Of a stretch of 64,000 nucleotides of DNA, positions 27,283-36,036 are shown in pieces. The stretch is taken from positions 8,434 to 72,433 of the forward strand of contig VGXC01000012.1 in NCBI GenBank assembly GCA_016873495.1. Direction: 5' to 3'. Below the pieces are notes generated by a model. The model did not search any database and was not told the origin of the DNA. It saw only the letters and a list, made by a program, of their open reading frames with translations. This stretch comes from Nitrospira sp. (GTDB lineage: Bacteria > Nitrospirota > Nitrospiria > Nitrospirales > Nitrospiraceae). Numbering within the stretch: the stretch's first letter is position 1; each line of letters starts with the position of its first letter. The translations under genes were made by a program, and so were the position numbers.

Positions 27283-28200
27283 CTACAACTTTTCCGCCAG
27301 CACTTTCTTATAGTCCAGCATCGCCTGGACCCGTTCCGCGATTTCCTGATAACGCTGGATAGTCGGGTACGTAGCATCCAACAGCGGCAGGCCCTTGTCG
27401 AAGGTCCGAGCCAGCGTCCGATCGAAGGGCACGCGGCCCAACAAGGGCACGTTCAACGCGTCGCACATGGCGTCCGTATCCCCCTCGAACAGTTCGTGCT
27501 CGACGCCGCAGGACGGGCACCGGAACCGGCTCATGTTCTCCACCATGCCCAGCACGTGGATCCCCATGTCCCTGGCATAGGTCACCGATTTCTGCACGAC
27601 GTCGGAGGCGACCTCGGAGGGCGTGGTCACGACAATCGCCCCGGCCAGGTCCGGGATGAATCCGGCGATGACCGGCGGCTTGTCCGCCGCGGCCCCAGGG
27701 GGCAAGTCGGTCAGCAGGTAGTCCAACTCACCCCATATCACATCCGCCAGGAACTCACGGATCACGTTCATTTCCATGAGCCCAAGCCAGACCGGGCTCA
27801 AGTCCATCGGCCCTTTCCAGCGCACGGGAGAGGCGGCCCCCAGGAAAAAATCCATGGAGGCGACTTTGACCCCTAGCGGGCCGACCGGCGGGATCGCCCC
27901 TTCCGGCGTGATGGTCAGCGCTTGCCCGTGCATGCCCAGCATGCGCGGCACGCAGGGCCCGTTCAGGTCCACATCCAACAGCCCCACTTTGTGCCCCAGA
28001 CGGGCCAGCGCGAGCGCTAGGTTTACCGTGGTCATGCTCTTGCCGACCCCGCCCTTGCCGCTCATGACTACCAGCTTGTGTCGGATGCCGGCCATGCGGG
28101 CCTGCACCTGCCTCATCTGCGCGGTAATCTGCTGCACGACCTTGGCGTCGTCGCTGTATTGGAGCTTGCCGAGGATCGTTTTGAGGTCATGACCGGCCAT
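27283..28200 (-). CDS. apbC: Mrp/NBP35/ApbC family Fe-S cluster carrier ATPase
   Basis: Start MAGHDLKTILG. Deviant Walker A SGKGGVGKS and the ENMS.F.CPSCG motif. Confidence 0.9.
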   Translation of the reverse strand: MAGHDLKTILGKLQYSDDAKVVQQITAQMRQVQARMAGIRHKLVVMSGKGGVGKSMTTVNLALALARLGHKVGLLDVDLNGPCVPRMLGMHGQALTITPEGAIPPVGPLGVKVASMDFFLGAASPVRWKGPMDLSPVWLGLMEMNVIREFLADVIWGELDYLLTDLPPGAAADKPPVIAGFIPDLAGAIVVTTPSEVASDVVQKSVTYARDMGIHVLGMVENMSRFRCPSCGVEHELFEGDTDAMCDALNVPLLGRVPFDRTLARTFDKGLPLLDATYPTIQRYQEIAERVQAMLDYKKVLAEKL

Positions 28201-28357
28201 AAAACACTCCCCAGAGGTTGTCGGCCGTCGGTAACGGCCCGCTCTTAATCGTCGTAGGTCAGCTGCTGATTGCTTCTTAGCATCGGCACGGTAACACAGG
28301 GGTTTCGAGGGAGTCAAACCAGCTCCGCGGGATCAGCCATCGGCTGTCAGCTCTTGC

Positions 28358-30202
28358 TTAAATCGAGTATTGAAACGTCGGCTTGCCCCCGATCGCCTGC
28401 GCCAAGACGCCTCGTTTCTTGAGTTCTTCGATGATCCGGCGCGCGGCCTCATCGAAATCCTTCGGCCCGGCGAATTGAAGGTCCGTGTCCGAGGGGGGCT
28501 CCTCGGCCACCTTGCTCATGTGCACGGTGATGACCGGAGCCGGATGCACCAAGGTACGGATCGCTTGGGCGGCTTGCGCATAGGCCGACCCGAACGCCTT
28601 GGTGGTCGAGACCACGATCAGACCCGTGTCGATGAGCAGCCTGGCCACTTCGCCATACCGGCGCGCCATCTCATCCGTCCCGGCCAGGTCCGATCCGGCC
28701 AGGTCCGCATCCAGCCCGCGTCGGAGGTTTTCCCCCTCCAACAGATAGGCATGGCGGCCCTCGGCCACCAGCACCGACTCCAGCTTGCGGGCCAGGAAAG
28801 ACTTGCCGGTCTGCGGCGCTCCGGTGAGGAGCACTACCGCCGCCCGATGGCCGTAATGCTGCGCCCGTTGTTCCGCTCCGACTTCCCCTTTGACCCAGGC
28901 AAAATCTCTCCGCCGGGCTTCATCGCGCAGAAACTCCTGCTCGTCATGCACCAGCTCGGTGATAATGCCCCCGCCGGCGATATCGTACTCGTCTACGAGC
29001 ACAAAGCGACCGGTGGACTCGAACGCATGATACGGATCGAAGGCGATCGGAGATTTCGTCCGCAGGGTCAATTCCGCTACCTGGTTTCGTTCGACGACGT
29101 TCCCTCCCTGCCGTTGGTCCAAATCCGCCGTGTCGACGATCCGGTTGATCGTTGCCACTTCACAGTCCACCTCGTGGGTGGCCAGACGAAGCTGGTACTT
29201 CCGGCCGCGCTCCAACGGACGCCGGCCCAGCCAGAACAGATTGACCCGAAAGGAGGTGGACACGAGCGGGATGGACTCCTGGCGGGACGCAATCTCGCCG
29301 CGCTCGATGAAAATCTGCTCGTCCAGCGTGATTCCGACGGACTGTCCCGCTGTGGCCTCGGTCGGAGAGGGTTCGACGTTGAAGGCTTCTACGGATTTGA
29401 CGTTGGCCGACTTGTTGGACGGGGAAAAGACCAGCCGGTCGCCGACTTTCAAACGGCCGGCGGTCAGCCGGCCGGCGATGATCCGCCGCGCGTCGAACTT
29501 GTAGACGTCCTGGACCGGGAACCGGAGCGGTTGCTCGCCGCGGGCGGTTTCCTTGCGAAACGCCTCCAGCGTCTCAAGCACGGTCTGGCCCTGGTACCAG
29601 GCCATGTGGGTGCTGCGGGAGGCAATGTTGTCGCCGAGCTTCGCGCTCACCGGGATGACGCGCTCCGGCACCACCTTCAACTGGCCCAGGAAGTCCCGGT
29701 ATTCCTTTTCGATGCCGTCGAACACATCCTGGCGGTACCCGACCAGGTCCATCTTGTTCACCACCACCGCGACCTGCTTCACGCCCAGTAGCGACAGCAG
29801 ATATCCGTGCTTCTTGGACTGCTCCTTCACGCCCTCCAGCGCATCGATCAGCAGCAGCGCCGCCTCCGCGCGGGCGGCGCCGGAGATCATGTTCTTGAGG
29901 AACTCCTTGTGGCCGGGCGCGTCGATGATGATGTATTGGCGCCCCTTCCACGTGAAAAACGTGCGGGCCGTGTCGATCGTAATGCCTTGCTCTTGCTCTT
30001 CCAGGAACGCGTCGAAGAGGAAGGCGTATTCGAACTCCTTGCCCTGCTGCCGGCAGATGGCCTGCACCTTCTCCAGCTTCCCGTCGGGGAGCGAGCCGGT
30101 GTCGGCGTAGAGTCGCCCCAGCAGCGTGGATTTTCCATGATCCACATGCCCGACAATCACAGTGTTCAGGTTTTCCGTCGGTCTGGCTTGTACGGTCGCC
30201 AT
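28358..30202 (-). CDS. cysN: sulfate adenylyltransferase subunit 1 (CysN) fused to an APS-kinase-like domain
   Basis: Start MATVQARP. GTPase motifs [14 protein letters not shown] and NKMD. The C-terminal roughly 185 aa carry a P-loop (GAPQTGKS) and [10 protein letters not shown], but the rest of the CysC motif set is divergent. Confidence 0.93.
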   Translation of the reverse strand: MATVQARPTENLNTVIVGHVDHGKSTLLGRLYADTGSLPDGKLEKVQAICRQQGKEFEYAFLFDAFLEEQEQGITIDTARTFFTWKGRQYIIIDAPGHKEFLKNMISGAARAEAALLLIDALEGVKEQSKKHGYLLSLLGVKQVAVVVNKMDLVGYRQDVFDGIEKEYRDFLGQLKVVPERVIPVSAKLGDNIASRSTHMAWYQGQTVLETLEAFRKETARGEQPLRFPVQDVYKFDARRIIAGRLTAGRLKVGDRLVFSPSNKSANVKSVEAFNVEPSPTEATAGQSVGITLDEQIFIERGEIASRQESIPLVSTSFRVNLFWLGRRPLERGRKYQLRLATHEVDCEVATINRIVDTADLDQRQGGNVVERNQVAELTLRTKSPIAFDPYHAFESTGRFVLVDEYDIAGGGIITELVHDEQEFLRDEARRRDFAWVKGEVGAEQRAQHYGHRAAVVLLTGAPQTGKSFLARKLESVLVAEGRHAYLLEGENLRRGLDADLAGSDLAGTDEMARRYGEVARLLIDTGLIVVSTTKAFGSAYAQAAQAIRTLVHPAPVITVHMSKVAEEPPSDTDLQFAGPKDFDEAARRIIEELKKRGVLAQAIGGKPTFQYSI

Positions 30203-30333
30203 TTGGTTATCCAATGAATTCTGTCGCGTGGCGCGACACCTTTTCATGGGCCAGGGAAATCATTGCCTGCTGGTACGACTGGCGCGCCACTGCCGGTTGG
30301 CCGACAAACCCGGCATTTTCGATCGCGCCACGG

Positions 30334-31131
30334 TTACATGTACCCGTCTTTGCGTAGGAGTTCCATCCCGCGCCCTTCATCCTGCGCCCGTCCAGACCGC
30401 TCGGCCACCGTGGTATGGCGCAGCTCTTCGATGATGGCATCCACGGTCTTGGCCGTGGACTTGATCGGGGTGGTGCAGGGGGCGCAGCCCAGACTGCGGT
30501 ACCTCGTGCCGTCGCCCCTATCGAGATAGAGGTCGATAAAGGGGATATTCTCGTACTTGATGTATTCCCAGATGTTGATCTCCGTCCAGTCCAGGAGCGG
30601 GTGAATCCGGATGTGCGTGCCCGGCGGGAAGGCGGTCTTAAACTGATCCCAGAGCTCCGGCGGCTGATCCCGGAAGTCCCAGTCCCCGTGCTTGTCGCGC
30701 GGCGAGAAGTATCGCTCCTTGGCCCTGGTACCCTCTTCATCGGCCCGCACGCCCAAAATGATGCCCGTGTAGCCCTTTTGCTCGATGAGCTGTTTCAGCC
30801 CGTTGGTCTTGAGCGCCGTGCAGCAGGTCACACGGCCCATCGTATGGTTCATGCCGGCCGCGAGGGCCTCCTTGTTCTGACCGACGACCAGATTCAACCG
30901 CCATTCACGGGCCAGCCGGTCCCGGTACTCGATCATCGCGGGAATCTTGTAACTGGTGTCCACATGGAGCAGCGGGAACGGCACGTGGCCGAAGAAGGCC
31001 TTGCGGGCCAGCCACAAGAGCACGGTCGAGTCCTTCCCCATGGACCAGAGCATGGCCAGGTTGTCGAAGTGCTTGTAGGCTTCGCGAAAAATGTAGACGC
31101 TTTGGTCTTCGAGCTGGCGGAGATGCTTCAT
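30334..31131 (-). CDS. cysD: sulfate adenylyltransferase subunit 2
   Basis: 265 aa, [13 protein letters not shown]...CCTALKT. 4-nt overlap with the upstream gene. Confidence 0.95.
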   Translation of the reverse strand: MKHLRQLEDQSVYIFREAYKHFDNLAMLWSMGKDSTVLLWLARKAFFGHVPFPLLHVDTSYKIPAMIEYRDRLAREWRLNLVVGQNKEALAAGMNHTMGRVTCCTALKTNGLKQLIEQKGYTGIILGVRADEEGTRAKERYFSPRDKHGDWDFRDQPPELWDQFKTAFPPGTHIRIHPLLDWTEINIWEYIKYENIPFIDLYLDRGDGTRYRSLGCAPCTTPIKSTAKTVDAIIEELRHTTVAERSGRAQDEGRGMELLRKDGYM

Positions 31132-32195
31132 GCGCGCTCCTCGGAGCTGATGGCCGATAGCTGATGGCTTCCTGACAATTCCTCCAGCTTCCGTGCCGCC
31201 GCTCCGCTGTCCAGCGTCTGCTGCGCCAGCGGAACACCGGCTGTAATGGATTGGGCCTTGCCGGCGGCATAGAGCAGCATGGCCGCGTTCATGACCACCC
31301 AGTCTCGCTGCCCACCGCGCACCTGATTGTGCAGGATGCGTCGCAACAAGGTCGCCTCCTGATCCAGTTGCCCCGGAGGAAACCCGGACATGGCCTGAAA
31401 GCTCCCCGGCGGAAGGCCACAGTCCTTGGGCGTCAGCGTCAAGGGCACAATGCGTTCGTCCCGCACTTCGAGCAGCCTGGTTACCGACGCAATGGACAGT
31501 TCCGGCTCGCCCTCCGACCCACGGACGATCAATGCCCGCTTGCTGCCCAGCATAAGGAGCGCCTCGGCGGTCTTTTCGAAGTAGGGGGGATGGCTCAGGC
31601 CGATCACTTGCGAGGCAGCCCGGGCCGGGTTCAGCATCTTGGCCACCGGATGGAACAAACTCCGCACCCCCAACTCGCGCCGCAGATCCAGAAACCGGGC
31701 GACCGGCGGATGGTAGAGGGCGATATCCAGATAGACCAATCCTTTTGCCGTCAGTTCTTCGGCCGCCTGCTTGGGCGGCAGGTCGGTCGGAAGGCCGAGC
31801 TGGGCCAGAATTTCGACGGTCCCGGGCCGTTCCGGAATGCCTTCATGCCCATGCATCAGGATAGAAGCCCCGGCGGCGGCAGCCACGATCGCCGCGCCTG
31901 CGGACACGTGAAAGGTATCCTGTTTCCCCGCATACGTCGGCAAATCCACCAGCGGCAGGTGACGCGGCACCGGGAGGGGCGGCACATACTCACGCACCGC
32001 CGAGGTGAAGGCCGCCAACTCCGTGATCGATTCCATCTTTACGCGCATGGCGAGGAGAAAAGCGCCGACCTGCACCGGAGTGGCCTGGCCCTCGACGAGC
32101 ATCCGCATCGCCTGTTTGGCCTCTTCCCAGGTCAGGTCCTTGGAGGCCTTCTGGCCCTTGCCGATTTTGGCGATGCATTGCGAGAATTCCGTCAT
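31128..32195 (-). CDS. anthranilate phosphoribosyltransferase-like (glycosyltransferase family 3) protein with divergent active-site motifs
   Basis: 355 aa, colinear with TrpD ([31 protein letters not shown]...). GTGGD is replaced by [12 protein letters not shown] by MHGH, and GLDE by SEGEPE. Confidence 0.8.
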   Translation of the reverse strand: MTEFSQCIAKIGKGQKASKDLTWEEAKQAMRMLVEGQATPVQVGAFLLAMRVKMESITELAAFTSAVREYVPPLPVPRHLPLVDLPTYAGKQDTFHVSAGAAIVAAAAGASILMHGHEGIPERPGTVEILAQLGLPTDLPPKQAAEELTAKGLVYLDIALYHPPVARFLDLRRELGVRSLFHPVAKMLNPARAASQVIGLSHPPYFEKTAEALLMLGSKRALIVRGSEGEPELSIASVTRLLEVRDERIVPLTLTPKDCGLPPGSFQAMSGFPPGQLDQEATLLRRILHNQVRGGQRDWVVMNAAMLLYAAGKAQSITAGVPLAQQTLDSGAAARKLEELSGSHQLSAISSEERA

Positions 32196-32220
32196 GCGGG
32201 GTCAATCCTCTCCGCTCGAG

Positions 32221-32634
32221 TTAAAACGTCAACACTTGGTCCGCCGGCGCGACCGCTTCCCTCCAGAAGGCCTCGGCCTTCTGCACCTCGTCCAGCTCGG
32301 GCAACAACTGATCCACGGTGATCTCGAAGAATTCGATCGTCTCGCGGCAGATCGAGAGCTTCACGTCCCCCGCCTCTTTGACCTCACGCAACACCGCCGG
32401 CAAATCGAGCCGTTTCCGCTCCTGCAGCATGTTGCGCACCTTCGACTCGCGCCCCTTATAGGCATCCGAAAACGTCAACTGCTTCAGCCTCTCGTGCGTC
32501 AATTTGGACGCCGCCTCGTCTCGAAACAAGACGTTCACGTGCATGCCGGACGCAGCGGCGACACGAATTAATTCGCAGGCCTGCAAGAGATTGTTGTAGC
32601 TTCCCCCGGTCACGATCACGGCCAGCTTCTTCAT
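32221..32634 (-). CDS. DsrE/DsrF-like (DrsE_2-type) protein
   Basis: 137 aa, MKKLAVIVTGGSYNNLLQACELIRVAAASGMHVNVLF... with a single conserved-looking Cys in KLSICRETIEFF. Confidence 0.65.
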   Translation of the reverse strand: MKKLAVIVTGGSYNNLLQACELIRVAAASGMHVNVLFRDEAASKLTHERLKQLTFSDAYKGRESKVRNMLQERKRLDLPAVLREVKEAGDVKLSICRETIEFFEITVDQLLPELDEVQKAEAFWREAVAPADQVLTF

Positions 32635-32666
32635 TCTTTATCTCCTGCCTCGATACGCTCGGCAAT

Positions 32667-32713
32667 CAGCCTTCAGCTCTCAGCCTTGCTACTGGCTGAC
32701 ACTGAAAGCTGAC
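32667..32713 (-). promoter_or_regulatory. intercistronic hairpin (cysH - dsrE-like spacer)
   Basis: Imperfect 16-bp stem TCAGCCTTCAGCTCTCAGCC / GGCTGACACTGAAAGCTGA. The arms are built from TCAGC/GCTGA words. Confidence 0.45.
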
Positions 32714-32715
32714 AG

Positions 32716-33435
32716 CTATTTGTGCAAGCCACACTCGGTTTTGGCGAAGTTCTGCCACCGGCCCGAGCGCGGATCGGCGCCAGGCGCGACCGGAGCCGTG
32801 CAATGGGTGCAGCCGATGCTGGGGTAGCCGCGGTCATGCAACGCGTTGTAGGGCACCTCGTAGACCTTAATGTAGGCCCAGACCTCCGCCACCGTCCAAC
32901 GAGCCAGCGGGTTGAACTTGACCAATTGAAATTTCTTGTCCCATTCCACCAAGCCCGCATTGGCGCGTGTCGGCGCCTGATCGCGCCGGATGCCGGTGAT
33001 CCAGGCCTCGTAACCGCCCAACACCCGGGCCAACGGCTCGACCTTGCGCAGGTGGCAACATTGGTCCGGCTGTTTGGCCCAGAGCTCCGCTCCATATTGC
33101 GCCGCTTGCTGTTCGGGCGTCAGCAGGGACTTCACCTGGATCACTTGCGCGGGGCGCAAGCCATACTTGGCGACAATCCGGTCCCGCACCTCTTGGGTCT
33201 CCGGGAATAAAAAGTCCGTATCCAGGTAGAATAGAGGCGCACCTGGATCCAGCCGGTGGATCATGTCCACCAGCACCACGTCTTCCGCCCCGAAGCTGCA
33301 GGCCAACACGATATGCCCGCGATACCGCTCTAGGGCATAGGCGAGCACCTCTTGCGGCTGCTTGGACTCGAAGGAGTCGCTCTGCGCCTTCAAATCCTCA
33401 TCGGAGGGTCTGGTCCGGACCGCCTGATCCGCCAC
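32716..33435 (-). CDS. cysH: adenylylsulfate (APS) reductase, Fe-S type assimilatory CysH
   Basis: 239 aa with the CC pair (DQCCHLRK), CxxC (GCTHCT) and C-terminal ECGLH. This is the signature set of [4Fe-4S] APS reductases rather than PAPS reductases. Confidence 0.92.
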   Translation of the reverse strand: MADQAVRTRPSDEDLKAQSDSFESKQPQEVLAYALERYRGHIVLACSFGAEDVVLVDMIHRLDPGAPLFYLDTDFLFPETQEVRDRIVAKYGLRPAQVIQVKSLLTPEQQAAQYGAELWAKQPDQCCHLRKVEPLARVLGGYEAWITGIRRDQAPTRANAGLVEWDKKFQLVKFNPLARWTVAEVWAYIKVYEVPYNALHDRGYPSIGCTHCTAPVAPGADPRSGRWQNFAKTECGLHK

Positions 33436-33444
33436 GGTTTCCCT

Positions 33445-35955
33445 CTAGCCTTCGACCTTTTCCACCAGCACTTTGAAATGGGCTGCTTCCGGCTCCAACG
33501 GCTCTTCCAATAGAATCTTGTGTCCGTCGTTGCGCAGACTCATCGGCACGTTTTTGATCGGCTCGCCTGCGTCCAACCAGACTTCCAGCCGCTCGCCCAC
33601 ATCCATCATCTCCAGCTTCAATTTGGTCTTCACATAGTTGAGCGGACAGGCCACGCCGCGGAGATCGTACACCGATGCGTCCGGCCCTGCCGCAACGGAC
33701 TGAGCCGGGGCCGAGGGCTTGGCCTCTGCCGCCTGCTTCGCGGACACCTCGGCCTCGCCGGCTTGCGCCAGCTTCAAGTCCTTGCCGATCTGCTCGGTTG
33801 CCGCCCGGCACACTTCCACGAAGCCGCGGGCGAAGGCGATCTTAGCCTGCGCGAATTCCGGACTGCTATCCTTCTGACCCAAGTCACCCGCCTGAGCGCC
33901 CAGGTTCTTATACCGGGCCAGCACGAGGCTGCGCTGGCCCAGCCGCCGCTCGAACTCGATAAAAGTTTCGGCATCGGTGGCAGGATCCAGCCCCTCGGTG
34001 ACCAGCAACGCCTTGGCCGCGGCCAGCACGGCCCGGTAGGCTTTGTTGACCGAGACGGAATACTGGTGCTTCTCGGCCAGCAACTTGGCCTGATAGAGCT
34101 CCTGCTCCGCCTCGAGGATCCGATCGCCGATCATCTCCAGAGCGCCGCCGGCGCATTCGCCCGGTCCCAGATCCTCCAGGATAAATTCCTCTTCCCCTTC
34201 CCAGTCGTAATAAAAGGTCGGGTCCTCTTCGAAGGTCGGCACGATCGTATAGGGAATCAGCTCTTCTTTCAGCGCGACCTTGCCCGCCCGCGTGATGAAA
34301 GAGGACAGGCTCTCGCCCTGACGCCGGTCCCGGCGATAGACCGAGAGCAGATGCGTGATGGCGGCCGGCACGCTCTTGGCCGGCAGTTTCACGGTCATCT
34401 GACCGATCTTGGCCGTCCCGTTCACCTGTCCGCCCAAGTGCAATTCATAGTGGGGCGCCACATGGTCGCCCAGACGCTTGCCCACGCCGTGCAAACCGAT
34501 CGTCGCGATGTGATGCTGGGCGCAGGAATTATGGCAGCCGCTGATCTTGACGCTGACCTCCTTCAAGTCTTCGGGCACACGACCGGGTGGAAAGACCTCC
34601 GCCATAGCCCGCGCCAATCCCTTGGATGAGGTAATGCCCAGTCCGCAGGTGTCGGTGCCAGGACAAGCGATGATGTCTTCCACCAACTCTGCGCCCGGAT
34701 CGCCCAATCCCTGTGAAACGAGGTCTTCGTAAAGGGCCGCCAGCCTTGATTCCGGCACCCACCGAAGCACCAGGTTCTGGTTGATCGTGGTCCGCAAGTT
34801 CCCATTGGAATAATCCTCCGCCAGGTCCGCGACGAACTGCATCTGCCCGGCGGTGAGGTCGCCCATCTGGAGCTTGATCGCGGCCACCGCATAGCCCGGC
34901 TGTTTCTGGGGAACCACGTTGGTCCGTTTCCACATCTGATAGGGTGTTTCAGCTGACCCAAGGCCGTGGCCCGATGATCCGTTGCCATTGCCGTTTCCAT
35001 TGCCCGCTGAAGCGGATGCCGGAGTCGGCATGATGAGGGGCACCGGCTCGTCCGCATACGGGAGTAGCTTGATGGGGGCATGATCGGGCCTGGCATGGCC
35101 TAGACTGACGTAGGCCTCTTCCCACCGCCGCTTGAATTCCTCAAAGCCCAGCTTGTCGATCACGAACTTCATCCGGGCCTTGTTGCGGTTCTTGCGATTG
35201 CCCAGCGTATCGAACACTTTGATGACCGCCTCGACCGTGGGGATCAATTCGTTCATCGGGACGAACTCCCGCAACAGCTGCGCGATGCGCGGGGCCGAGC
35301 CGAGCCCGCCCCCGACGACCATGCGGAATCCGATGGCGCCGTCCTCGCGCTTGGCCGCCAGCAGTCCCACGTCGTGGATCGGCGTCAGGGCGCAGTCGTG
35401 CCGGCAGCCGGAGAAGGCGATCTTGAATTTCCGCGGCAGGCTCTGGTTAAGCGGGTTCCGCAGGAGATGCAAGGCCACGGTCTTGGCATAGGGCGTCACG
35501 TCGAACACTTCACCCTGGCAGACGCCGGCCAAGTGACAGGCCGTCACGTTGCGCACCGTGTTCGCGCAGGCTTCCCTGGTAGTCAGGCCGACTTCGGCCA
35601 GCCCGCGCATGACCGTGCCGACATCCTTCAGTTCGACGAAGTGGAGCTGGATGTCCTGGCGAGTCGTGACGTGGCCGACGCCGGTCCCATATCGGTCGGC
35701 TAGTTCGGCCACCCGACGCAGTTGATTGGCATTCAGCCCGCCGAAGGGAATCTTGATCCGCACCATTTGCACGCCGGGCTGGCGCTGCCCGTAAATGCCA
35801 TGTTGCAACCGAAAGGGCTTGAACAGGTCGTTGGACACATCCCCGGCCTGCAGCCGTTGGGCTTCGCCTTCGAAGGTTTCGATCTCTTCGAGAATGTCAG
35901 GCGGAATCGGGGCGGTCTGTATGACCACCGGCTGTATAGTCCGTGGAGTGCTCAT
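33445..35955 (-). CDS. sir: ferredoxin-type assimilatory sulfite reductase fused to a C-terminal all-alpha module and a TusA-like domain
   Basis: 836 aa. Siroheme/[4Fe-4S] ligands are CPGTDTCGLG and SGCHNSCAQH. There is a (GN)4 insertion at aa 318-325. The last 74 aa are VYDLRGVACPLNYVKTKLKLEMM... (TusA-like). Confidence 0.9.
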   Translation of the reverse strand: MSTPRTIQPVVIQTAPIPPDILEEIETFEGEAQRLQAGDVSNDLFKPFRLQHGIYGQRQPGVQMVRIKIPFGGLNANQLRRVAELADRYGTGVGHVTTRQDIQLHFVELKDVGTVMRGLAEVGLTTREACANTVRNVTACHLAGVCQGEVFDVTPYAKTVALHLLRNPLNQSLPRKFKIAFSGCRHDCALTPIHDVGLLAAKREDGAIGFRMVVGGGLGSAPRIAQLLREFVPMNELIPTVEAVIKVFDTLGNRKNRNKARMKFVIDKLGFEEFKRRWEEAYVSLGHARPDHAPIKLLPYADEPVPLIMPTPASASAGNGNGNGNGSSGHGLGSAETPYQMWKRTNVVPQKQPGYAVAAIKLQMGDLTAGQMQFVADLAEDYSNGNLRTTINQNLVLRWVPESRLAALYEDLVSQGLGDPGAELVEDIIACPGTDTCGLGITSSKGLARAMAEVFPPGRVPEDLKEVSVKISGCHNSCAQHHIATIGLHGVGKRLGDHVAPHYELHLGGQVNGTAKIGQMTVKLPAKSVPAAITHLLSVYRRDRRQGESLSSFITRAGKVALKEELIPYTIVPTFEEDPTFYYDWEGEEEFILEDLGPGECAGGALEMIGDRILEAEQELYQAKLLAEKHQYSVSVNKAYRAVLAAAKALLVTEGLDPATDAETFIEFERRLGQRSLVLARYKNLGAQAGDLGQKDSSPEFAQAKIAFARGFVEVCRAATEQIGKDLKLAQAGEAEVSAKQAAEAKPSAPAQSVAAGPDASVYDLRGVACPLNYVKTKLKLEMMDVGERLEVWLDAGEPIKNVPMSLRNDGHKILLEEPLEPEAAHFKVLVEKVEG

Positions 35956-35983
35956 GAGAATTGCTCCAGTTTAATATTCGGTC

Positions 35984-36018
35984 ATTGTCGATGGACGTAG
36001 TCCTCGTCAATCGACAAT
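35984..36018 (-). promoter_or_regulatory. intercistronic hairpin (rrf2 - sir spacer)
   Basis: 9-bp stem ATTGTCGAT (35984-35992) / ATCGACAAT (36010-36018), with flanking GTCAAT/GTCATT words. Confidence 0.4.
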
Positions 36019-36036
36019 CCAGCCACCGTCAATGAT

